NCBI GenBank assembly: GCA_964016885.1
Contig: CAXHJY010000746.1
Span: forward strand, 1 to 64,000
Direction of reading: 5' to 3'
Source: Eledone cirrhosa
Lineage: Eukaryota
DNA length: 64,000 nt
Shown: one piece after another, positions 1 through 12,878 of the stretch
Position numbering within the stretch: position 1 is the stretch's first letter
Layout of the letters: every line of letters starts with the position of its first letter
Translations under genes and position numbers: made by a program
The notes under the pieces: model-generated
What the model saw: only the letters and a program-made list of their open reading frames with translations
The model's database searches: none
Told to the model about the DNA's origin: nothing

Positions 1-316
1 AATAGGCACCCTTAAGAATATTTTTTAAGGGTTTTTGTATCAAAAGGGGGTTACGGCATTATATTATTTAGGGAGGGCGAGAATTGAACCTGTAGTATAA
101 TATTTTAATTTAAATAGGCACCTTTAAGAATATTTTTTAAGGGTTTTTGTATCAAAAGGGGGTTACGGCATTATATTATTTAGGGAGGGCGAGAATTGAA
201 CCTGTAGTATAATATTTTAATTTAAATAGGCACCTTTAAGAATATTTTTTAAGGGTTTTTGTATCAAAAGGGGGTTACGGCATTATATTATTTAGGGAGG
301 GCGAGAATTGAACCTG
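1..316. repeat. 112-bp tandem repeat (about 2.8 copies visible)
   Basis: aataggcacc recurs at 1, 113 and 225. Confidence 0.9.
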
Positions 317-350
317 TGACTCTGTAATCTCTGTGTGTCTTCTGTTGTAG

Positions 351-988
351 ATGGCTGTGATACAAACAAGCCCCACCACATTGTCTATTGAAGCCCTCGG
401 ATCTGCAAGCAGGAGGTCGTTTGAGTGTAACGTACAGGTGAAAGGAGTTTTTGTAACAAAGGTAAGTGTTGGTGGCAGTGACGGGGGATTGTGGGGGTAC
501 TGGACTGTTTCAATGAATTGTCTATCTGTCTGTCTATTTATCTATCTATATATATATATATATATATGTGTGTGTATGTGTATATATATATATATATATA
601 AATATGTATGTATATATAAATATATATATATATATGTATATATATATTTAATCCTCATTTTACATTCGCTTTTCCCTGCTTGCAAGGGTGGGACGGGAAC
701 TGATTCTGGCTTGATTTCTACAGCTGGATGCCCTTCCTAACACCAACCTCATTTACAGTGAGTGCTGGGTGCTTTCTTTTTTGCCGTGGCACCTCCACGA
801 CCACTTTGCAGTGGAATGATAGGGACCCCAGTCCCTATCATCTCATTTCTACAGCTGAGTAAACTGGAGCAATGTGAAATAAAGTGTCTTGCTCAAGGAA
901 ACAACACATCACTCAGTCTGAGAATTGAACTCCTCACAACCCTTTCGATTGCAAGGCCAATGCTCTAACCACTAAGCCATGTGCCTCC

Positions 989-1071
<83 letters not shown>

Positions 1072-1159
1072 GGACTCCAGAAATAGCCGTCGAAACGCCT
1101 TGAGCTCTGCCGTCGGGGTCCTACTTTTTCCTATATATATATATATCTTTCTGTCTATC

Positions 1160-1190
<31 letters not shown>

Positions 1191-4100
1191 GTGTATATAT
1201 ATATGTATATATATATATATATGTATATATGTATATATGTATATATATATGTTTCTGTATCTGCTTGCAGGGAATGTGTGTGGTATGGAATGGTAAGCAA
1301 GCCTATGTCTACGAATTATCCTCTGAGACGCTGGAGATGAAGCTTTTGAGTGAGTAGAACCATCATCATCATCATCATCATCATCATAGTCACCATTGCT
1401 ATCTACACCTCCCATCACTACCTCCTCCAACCACCACTACCTCTCACCACTACCACCACACTATCTACACCTCTCACCATCACACTATCTACACCTCTCA
1501 CCACCACCACCACAGTATCACCACCACCACTACCTATCACCGCCACCACCGTCACAGTATCGCCACCACCTCTCACCACTAGCACTACCTCTCACCACAG
1601 TACCACCACCACCCCCTCTCACCACACCACCACCACTACCTCTCACCACCACCACCTCTCACCACTACCACCACACCACCACCAACTCTCCTCCACCACC
1701 AACTCTCACCACCACCACCTCTCACCACAGTACCACCGCCACCACCACCATATCACCACCACCTCTCACACCACCACACCACCACCGCCCCCTCTCACCA
1801 CCGCCACCCCCTCTCTCTCTATTACAGCCACATTTGAGACAGACTCCGCCTATGTGTCACCACTACCACCACCACCACCTCCTCTCACCACAGTACCACC
1901 ACCACCACCACCACCTCTCACCCCCACCACCACCCCCTCACCACCACCTCCCCCCTCTCTCTATTACAGCCACATTTGAGACAGACTCCGCCTCTGTGTC
2001 ACCACTACCACCATCACCACCTCTCACCACAGTACCACCACCACCACCACCACCACAGTATCACCACCACCACCACCTCCTCTTACCACAGTACCACCAC
2101 CCCCTCTCACCACCACCTCCCCCCTCTCTCTATTACAGCCACATTTGAGACAGACTCCGCCTCTGTGTCACCACTACCACCACCACCACCTCCTCTCACC
2201 ACAGTACCACCACCTCTCACCACAGTATCACCACCACCACCACCCCCTCTCACCACCACCTCCCCCCTCTCTCTATTACAGCCACATTTGAGACAGACTC
2301 CGCCTCTGTGTGTATCTTTGAACAAAGTCTTCTGCTGCTGGAGCATTGCACGGTGAAAGTCAGAACCTTCCAGGTGAGTTATAATGTCTTACCTCCAGCC
2401 CCTTCTTCCACGCTAGCATGGGTTGGACGGGTCGTTCCTGTTGCGGGCAGCGTCCGGTCGGCTCACCTTGTCTTGCTCATGCGGGAACCGATTCTGGCTT
2501 TATTTCTACAGCAGGATGCCCTTCCTAACACCAACCTCGTTTACAGTGAGTGCCGGGTGTTTTTTTTTGTTTGTTACCGTGGCGCCTACATGACCTACTT
2601 TACAGAGTGGACTGGGTGCTTTTTTTTGCCTTGGCACCTCCACAACCATTTTACAGTGTGGGCTGGGTGCTTTTTGTTGTGGCACCTCCACAACCACTTT
2701 ACAGTGTGGACTGGGGGCTTTTTGTTGTGGCACCTCCACAACCACTTTACAGTGTGGGCTGGGGGCTTTTTTTTGTTGTGACACCTCCACAACCATTTTA
2801 CAGTGTGGGCTGGGTGCTTTTTGTTGTGGCACCTCCACAACCACTTTACAGTGTGGACTGGGGGCTTTTTGTTGTGGCACCTCCACAACCACTTTACAGT
2901 GTGGGCTGGGGGCTTTTTTTTGTTGTGACACCTCCACAACCATTTTACAGTGTGGGCTGGGTGCTTTTTGTTGTGGCACCTCCACAACCACTTTACAGTG
3001 TGGACTGGGGGCTTTTTGTTGTGGCACCTCCACAACCACTTTACAGTGTGGGCTGGGGGCTTTTTGTTGTGGCACCTCCACAACCACTTTACAGTGTGGG
3101 CTGGGGGCTTTTTGTTGTGGCACCTCCACAACCACTTTACAGTGTGGGTTGGGGGTGGGGGCATATTGTCTATATGCTTCGGCTTCGGCTTGTTCCCGTA
3201 GGGAGTCGGGTCTTCTGTATTACTGTGTGACGCCAGAGGTCACCGTTGCGAGGTGCAATTGGGCAAGGTCAGCTTTTATCACCTCATAGTTATTATTATT
3301 AACACCAGGGCGGTGGATTGGCAGTATCGGCAGAGGGTCGGACGCCATGCTTTGCAGCATAGAGTTACGGCCCTTGCCATTCTGAGTTCAAATCCCGCCG
3401 AGGTTTAACATTGCCTTTCATCCTTAACGGGGGTCGATAAAATAAAGTACCAGCGATGCACTGGGGTAATTGCTGGCCTTGTGCCAAAAAGTAGAAACAA
3501 TTATTAACACTTTTCCCTCTCTTTTCCCTGTCTCTCCTCTCCACCCATGCCACTCACCACTGACTAGGGCACGGTGAAACAACTGCTGGACTTCTCCATA
3601 GGAGAGGGTCAACCAATATGTATGGACATCTCAGCCAGCTTCCTGGTGGTGGCCACCGACCACTGCATTGTCAAGATATTTGACCTCTCCCGAAGGTAGG
3701 CCACGGTTGGATTGGACTATATATATATATATATATTGTATTGTTGTTGTTGTTGTTGTTTATAGAGGTCGTCAAGTATGAAATTTGTAGAAGTGTTTAG
3801 AAAAAATAACAAATTTCTACAAATTTCATACTTGACCTAATATGTGTGTGTGTGTGTATATATATATGTGTGTGTGTATATATATATGTGTGTGTGTATA
3901 TATGAATATATATATATATATGTGTGTGTATATATGTATGTATATATATGTTTATATGTATATATATATATATATATGTGTGTGTGTATATGAATATATA
4001 TATATATGTGTGTGTATGTATGTATGTACATATATATATGTTTATATGTATATATATGTATGTATATATATATATATGTATGTATATGTGTGTATATGTG

Positions 4101-4265
4101 TATATATATGTATATATATATATATGTATGTATATATATATATATGTATGTATATGTATGTATATGTGTATATATATATATATTTGTGTGTGTGTGTGTG
4201 TGTATATGTATATATATGTATGTATGTGACAGCTATACATGTATATATATATATATATACATGTG

Positions 4266-4299
<34 letters not shown>

Positions 4300-6783
4300 C
4301 ACATGTATATATATATATATACATGTGTATATATATATATATATATATACATGTGTATATATATATATATATATATACATGTGTATATATACATGTGTGT
4401 ATATATATATATGTATAGCTGTCACATCTCTCCCTCTTTCTCTGTTACAGGAAGATCCGACCGCACTCAATACCCAAACCCATGCGCGATTTCATCCCAG
4501 ATCTGGGGAGGGTTGTGTCTGTGAAGTGTAACTGCACCGGGACAAGAATCAGCCTTCTTTGCACAAAAGTGAGTTAACGTGTTGCTATGACATCTGGAGT
4601 CACTTGATTATGCTATTGGGACGACATCTGTGGTGGCATCTGGAGTTGCGTTATTGTCGTATTGTGGACATCTGGAGTCTCGTTACTGTCTTATTGTGGA
4701 CATCTGGAGGCTCATTACTGCCTTATTGTGGACATCTGGTGTCACATTATTGTCTTATTGTGGACATCTGGAGTTACGTTACTCTCTTATTGTGACATCT
4801 GGAGGCTCATCACTGTCTTATTGTGACATCTGGTGTCACATTATTGTCTTATTGTGACATCTGGAGTTGCGTTATTGTCGTATTGTGGACATCTGGTGTC
4901 ACATTATTGTCGTATTGTGGACATCTGGAGTCTCGTTATTGTTATTATGATATTTGGAGGCTCATCACTGTCTTATTGTGACATCTTGTGTCACATTATT
5001 GTCTTATTGTGACATCTGGTGTCACATTATTGTCTTATTGTGACATCTGGTGTCACATTATTGTCTCATTGTGACATCTGGTGTCACATCATTGTCTCAT
5101 TGTGACATCTGGTGTCACATTATTGTCTTATCATGACATCTGGAATCACATTCTTATGTGATTGTGACTTCTGGAGTGCCATTATCATGTTTCTGTGACA
5201 TCTGGTATGTATCTTTCTCCCTCTCTCTACTCCCCTTTCTCTCCCTCTCTATTCTACCCTCTACTCTCCCCCTATCTATCCTCTCTCTCCTCTACCTTCT
5301 CCTCTCTCCCCCTTCCAGACCAACGAGAGACCCGACAGTAAGCTGTACGTGTGGGACGTGGAGCTTGACCAGATGTTGGCATTTGACTGCGACCCTTCGG
5401 CCAGCTTGACCCCTGCCACAGACCCTGGCATCGACCCTGGGGGCGAGGACCTCGATGTGGCTGAGGGAGGACCCACTGCTCAGAATACTGGGGCTGGAGA
5501 TGTTCCTCTGCCGGAGGGGTCTACCACTCAGTGGTGAGTACTACAACCACTACTACAACTACTACCACCACTACTACCACTACACTACTACTGCCACCAC
5601 CTCCACTACTACACTTCTACTGCTACCACCATCACACCACCACTGCACTACTACACCACTACTACCTTACTACCACCACTACACCACCACTACACTACTA
5701 CACCACTACTACCTTACTTCCACCACTACACTACTACTGCCACCACCACCACTACTACCTTACTACCACCACTACACCACCACCACCACTACTACACTGT
5801 TACTGCCACTGCACCACTATACCACCACCACCCTCACCACTACATCACCCTCAACACACCACCACAACCACACCACCCTCACCACTATACCACCACCACA
5901 ACCACTGTTACTGCCACTGCACCACTATAACACCACCACAACACAACACCACCCTCAACACTACACCACACCACCACAACCACAACACCACCACACCACC
6001 ACCACTACACCACTACACCACCACCACAACACCACACCACCACACCACCACAACCACACCACTACACCACCACCTTTTCCTGTCTCTCTCTCTCCTGCAA
6101 CAGGATGAACGTCTCCACGTCGTCGTCCAAGTGTGTAAGGGGGAGGCACCCCGTGTCGCACCACTGGGACACGAAGGTGTCGCACATGGTCAGCTGCGAG
6201 GCGAAGCTGCTGGGCGAGGAGGCCGAGAGCGGCATGCCGGCCTCCACTTCACGTCCGGCCGGCGAAGGAGGCGACGCGGCGCAGCAGCGACGGCACCGGC
6301 AGCAGCAGCAGCAGCAGCAGCAGCGGAAGAGGAGGGAGGAGGTGGAGGAGGAGAAGGAGCAGGAGGAACTTGAAGAACTGGACCAAGAAATTGTGAGTAT
6401 ATATACACATATATACACATATATATATATACACATATATACACATATATATATGTGTATATGTGTGTATATATATGTGTATATATGTATATATATACAT
6501 ATATACATATATACACACATATATATATGTGTATATATGTATATATATATGTATATATATATGTATATATATATATATATATATATACATATATACATAT
6601 ATATATATGTGTATATATGTATATATATATGTATATATATATATATATATATACATATATATACATACATATATATACATATAAGATTACATTTATTATA
6701 TATACATATATATATATATATACATATATAAATATATATATATATAAATATATATACATACATATATATACGTATATATATAC

Positions 6784-6851
<68 letters not shown>

Positions 6852-7101
6852 ACATATATATGTATATGTATATATACATATATATATATACATATTTATA
6901 CATATATATATATATATATACATATATACATATATATACATATATATATATATCAGATTACATTTATTATATATATATACATATTTATACATATATATAT
7001 ATATATATACATATATACATATATATACATATATATATATATATCAGATTACATTTATTATATATATATATATATAAATATATACATATATATATGTATA
7101 T

Positions 7102-7132
<31 letters not shown>

Positions 7133-8085
7133 CACATGTCTGTGTGTCTCTGTTTTCAGGTTGTCATAGCATCACTGTTCACCACTGACAAGGGTCTCTT
7201 ACTGCAGGAGACCTGTCACCTCACAGACCCAGATAAATTCCTTATTGGGCTCGATGTCCCCTATTTCTGCCTTCTACAAGACGTGAGTATACATTTTAGG
7301 GAGCTCTCCCCGCTTCCTGACTTTTTTATGTTGAGTATAACCGGCTGAGTGTGAGTAGGGAGGTTGAGTGGTGGGGTGGCTGAGTGTGAGTAGGGAGCTT
7401 GAGTGGTGGGGTGGCTGAGTGTGAGTAGGGAGGTTGAGTGGTGCGGTGGCTGAGTGTGAGTAGGGAGCTTGAGTGGTGGGGTGGCTGAGTGTGAGTAGGG
7501 TGCTTGAGTGGTGGCTGAGTGTGAGTAGGGAGCTTGAGTGGTGGCTGAGTGTGAGTAGGGTGCTTGAGTGGTGGGGTGGCTGAGTGTGAGTAGGGAGGTT
7601 GAGTGGTGGCTGAGTGTGAGTAGGGAGCTTGAGTGGTGGCTGAGTGTGAGTAGGGTGCTTGAGTGGTGTGGTGGCTGAGTGTGAGTAGGGAGCTTGAGTG
7701 GTGGCTGAGTGTGAGTAGGGAGCTTGAGTGGTGGGGTGGCTGTGTGATTAGGGAGCTTGAGTGGTGGCTGAGTGTGAGTAGAGAGCTTGAGTGGTGGGGT
7801 GGCTGAGTGTGAGTAGAGAGCTTGAGTGGTGGCTGGGTGTGAATGTGTGTGGTGGTTCTTGAGTAGGAGCTGGAGTTGTGGCTGAAGGTCAGTGGGGGGG
7901 GATTGAGTGTGAGTAAAGGTTTGTGTGTATATATATACATATATATATACATATATATACATATATACATATATACTGTTTATCTTTCCAGTGGGAAGAC
8001 AGATCAAATGAGGAAACTCCGACACCGAGCTCCCCTCCGCTCTCTCGCGCCGCGGACAACTCTGAAGTATTACTCCAGCCACTGC

Positions 8086-8117
<32 letters not shown>

Positions 8118-10820
8118 CGACAGCAGCAGCAGCAGCAGCCTTCCATCGTGGTGGCACGGAGGACGATGAGAGACTTTGTCGGCCTGGAGGAGTGCGACAA
8201 AGCGACACAGTCGGCCATGCTGGAGTTCTGCTACCACCAGGCTGTCGGCAACATGGACGAAGCCTTTAAGGCCATCAAGTTGATAAAGAAGTAAGTGGAG
8301 GTGGCCGTGGTGTGGTGGTGTTGTGGGTGGTGTGGTAGTGGTCTTGGTGGTGAAATAAAGTGTCTTGCTCAAGGACACAATACATCACCCGGTCCGAGAC
8401 GAAGCCTTTAAGGCCATCAAGTTGATAAAGAAGTAAGTGGAGGTGGTCATGGTGTGGTGGTGTGGTAGTGGTCTTGGTGAGGTGGTGGTGGTGAAATAAA
8501 GTGTCTTGCTCAAGGACACAATACATCACCCGGTCCGAGACGAAGCCTTTAAGGCCATCAAGTTGATAAAGAAGTAAGTGGAGGTGGTCATGGTGTGGTG
8601 GTGTGGTAGTGGTCTTGGTGAGGTGGTGGTGGTGAAATAAAGTGTCTTGCTCAAGGACACAATACATCACCCGGTCCGAGACGAAGCCTTTAAGGCCATC
8701 AAGTTGATAAAGAAGTAAGTGGAGGTGGTCATGGTGTGGTGGTGTTGTGGGTGGTGTGGTAGTGGTCTTGGTGGTGGTGGTGAAATGAAGTGTCTTGCTC
8801 AAGGAAACAACACATCACCCGATCCGAGAATTGAACTCACAACCTTTCGATTGCAAGCCCAATGCTCTAAACACTAAGCCATATATATATATATATATAC
8901 AACACACAAAAACAAGATGGCGTACGACAGCACAAAGGAGAGGCACAGAAACAAAGAAAAGAATCCCCAGTCACTGAAGAGGTCACATATGCCGTGGTCA
9001 GTCACCAGTACCCGTGTCACTGTCTCTGGAGCCTAAATCTACCACACAGACCACACATTTGTGACCTGTGAAGTCGAGTTCTTTATAATGTGGATAATAT
9101 GCTATCTTTGTCTACTTCCTTCCCTACACAATACCCTATCTAAATACAGTCTGGATGACCGGTTAGTTGAGAAAGTATTATATATGTATAGATAAATGCG
9201 TTGAGAGAGAAACTGTGTCTGAGAGGGACAGAATGTAGTGTGTGGGAGAGGAGACTGAGGTGGTATGGACATGTGATGTGTTGAGAGAGAAACTGTGTCT
9301 GAGAGGGATAGAATGTAGTGTATGGGAGAGGAGACTGAGGTGGTATGGACATGTGATGTGTTGAGAGAGAAACTGTGTCTGAGAGGGATAGAATGTAGTG
9401 TGTGGGAGAGGAGACTGAGGTGGTATGGACATGTGATGTGGTGAGAGAGAAACTGTGTCTGAGAGGGACAGAATGTAGTGTGTGGGAGAGGAGACTGAGG
9501 TGGTATGGACATGTGATGTGGTGAGAGAGAAACTGTGTCTGAGAAGGATAGAATGTAGTGTATGGGAGAGGAGACTGAGGTGGTATGGACATGTGATGTG
9601 TTGAGAGAGAAACTGTCTGAGAAGGATAGAATGTAGTGTGCGGGAGAGGAGACTGAGGTGGTATGGACATGTGATGTGTTGAGAGAGAAACTGTGTCTGA
9701 GAGGGATAGAATGTAGTGTACGGGAGAGGAGACTGAGGTGGTATGGACATGTGATGTGTTGAGAGAGAAACTGTGTCTGAGAAGGATAGAATGTAGTGTA
9801 CGGGAGAGGAGACTGAGGTGGTATGGACATGTGATGTGTTGAGAGAGAAACTGTGTCTGAGAGGGATAGAATGTAGTGTACGGGAGAGGAGACTGAGGTG
9901 GTATGGACATGTGATGTGGTGAGAGAGAAACTGTGTCTGAGAAGGATAGAATGTAGTGTACGGGAGAGGAGACTGAGGTGGTATGGACATGTGATGTGGT
10001 GAGAGAGAAACTGTGTCTGAGAAGGATAGAATGTAGTGTGTGGGAGAGGAGACTGAGGTGGTATAGACATGTGATGTGTTGAGAGAGAAACTGTGTCTGA
10101 GAGGGATAGAATGTAGTGTGCGGGAGAGGAGACTGAGGTCGTATGGACATGTGATGCGCATGGAGGATGACCGCTGGGTGAAGAAGTGCCAGGAAATGCC
10201 AGTTGAAGGAAGACGTGGTAGAGGTAGACCACGAAAAACATGGGCGGAGGTGGTGAGAGCCAACCTCAGATCGCTGAAGCTCACGGTGGAGATGACGAAG
10301 GACCGTGACGAGTGGAGAGATGCTGTGCTGAATAAGACCCGTCCCACCCTTGCAAGCAGGGAAAAGCGGACGTAAAATGATGATGATGATGATGATGACA
10401 TACATACAAAGCTGTTTCTCTGTCTGTCAGTCTCGGACCATTTCTAATTGACCAATGATTCTATTTGCAGCGAGTCGGTGTGGGAGAACATGACCAAGAT
10501 GTGTGTGAAGACCCAACAACTGGACGTTGCCAAGATCTGCCTGGGGAAGATGTGTCACGCCCAGGGGGTAAGGGCCCTGAGAAAGGTGGCCAATGAACCG
10601 GAGATTGAAGTCCAACTGGCCGTTTTGGCCATGCACCTTAATATGGTGGTAAGTTGTGTATATATACATATATATATATATATATACATTGTTATAAATA
10701 TATATTTGTGTGTGTCTATATATATATATATGTATTGGTGTGTGTGTGTATATATATATATATACATTGTTATAAATATATATTTGTGTGTGTCTATATA
10801 TATATATGTATTGGTGTGTG

Positions 10821-10851
<31 letters not shown>

Positions 10852-11502
10852 TCTTTATATATATATATATATGTATCTAGGACTACATTATCTAATGTAC
10901 AGTACAGTAGTTAGTATTAGTGGCTATCAGACATAGTGTACCTAGGACTACATTATCTAATGTACAGTACAGTACAGTAGTTAGTATTAGTGGCTATCAG
11001 ACCTAGTGTATCTAGGACTACATTATCTAATGTGCCTTTTCTCTCTTTCAGGATGAAGCAGAGAAATTCCTGAAGGCCTGCAAGAGATACGACTTGTTGA
11101 ATGAATTCTACCAGGACTGTGGACAGTGGGATAAGGTGAGTGTCACTCAGTGGAGTGAGACTTGGTGAGTGAGTGCTCACTCTGTGGAGTGGGACTTTGT
11201 GAATGTCAGTGCAATGGAAGGACTGTGGACAGTGGGATAAGGTGAGTGTCACTCAGTGGAGTGAGACTTGGTGAGTGAGTGCTCACTCTGTGGAGTGGGA
11301 CTTTGCGAATGTCTGTGCAATGGAACAAGGTGAGTGTTCACTCAGTGGAATGTGACTTGGTGAGTGAGTGGTCACTCTGTGGAGTGGGACTTTGCGAATG
11401 TCTGTGCAATGTAACAAGGTGAGTGCTCACTCTGTAGAGTAGGACAGGGTGAGTGTTCACTCAGTGGAATGTGACATGTGCAAAATTCTCTCTCTCTCTC
11501 TA

Positions 11503-11581
<79 letters not shown>

Positions 11582-11955
11582 CACATAATCCGACCACAAC
11601 TTCTCTCTCTCTCTATGGTACAATCCTACCGTGACCACCACCACTGCTACCAGGCATTGGAGACAGCCGAGACCTACGACAGGATCCACCTCAAGTGCAC
11701 CTACCATGCCTTCGCTCAACACCTCCACTCAAACGGCAACCTGCTCCCTGCCATCAACAAGTAAGTCTGTCCCCCCGTCTCCCCTCTCTCTTTCCCTCTC
11801 TCCCTCCCTCTCTCCCTCTCTCCCCCTTCTCTCTCTCTCTCATTCTATGTTACAGCTACATATATATATATATATATGTATGTGTGTGTATATATATATA
11901 TACATATATATATACATACATGTATATATATATATATATATACACACACATATAC

Positions 11956-12012
<57 letters not shown>

Positions 12013-12047
12013 CATGTATATATATACACACATATACATATATATAT

Positions 12048-12090
<43 letters not shown>

Positions 12091-12834
12091 TATATATATA
12101 CACATATATATATATACATACATGTATATATATATATGTATATATGTGTATATATATATATTAGTAATAATAAATACACAGAAGGCTTCAGAGGGATGAT
12201 AAGAGCCTTAAACTTTTTTCAGATCAACACATGACTAACCCCTAACACTCTATGTTAACCCTTAACCCTTTGTCCTTGAATTCTATGTTACAGCTTCAAG
12301 CAAGCAGGGACCCACATTTACGAGGTCCCTAAAATGCTGTTCACAAAACCCCAACAACTGCTGGACTTTATACAGAAGAGCAAAGACCGGTACGTAGACT
12401 CCCGTCTATTTTGTTTTTCCATGTACCCCCAGGGGAGGTAAGTTTGGTCCTCTCACCTGTAGTTCTTTACCCCTAAGGGTCAATCTGTCCTACCTATGAA
12501 TGATGGCCGTTAAACGATAAGGCTGATGATATATATATATATATAGGAACGATTGACTATCGTCAAATCGGACCGAGGAAACAACGTTTCCATTGGTCTT
12601 TCCAATTGCTAATACTATCTATCGGTCGCAACTCCAGGTAGAAGGAGCTACGTGAAATAAAGTGTCTTGCTCAAGGACATAACGCATCGCCTGGTCTGGG
12701 AATCTAACTCACAACCTGACGATTGCGAATCAAATTCTCTAACCACTCAGCCACACGCCTTCATCATATATCATCATCATCATCATCATCATATATCATC
12801 ATATATCATCATATATCATCCTATATCATCATAT

Positions 12835-12878
<44 letters not shown>

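Noticed and set aside
351-353. ATG at 351 as the IFT140 start codon
   Set aside because: It directly follows an acceptor (ttgtag) and aligns to the middle of IFT140; the N-terminal WD40 exons lie upstream of the window.
8968-9025. Possible hammerhead (CTGAAGAG-GT..ACC)
   Set aside because: GAAA is absent (AGTA instead) and stem I is out of register.
9102-10405. Three ~400-aa minus-strand ORFs
   Set aside because: Antisense reading of the 80-bp LINE-derived tandem repeat.
12523-12535. CTGATGA motif
   Set aside because: Followed by (TA)n with no stem II, GAAA or stem III.
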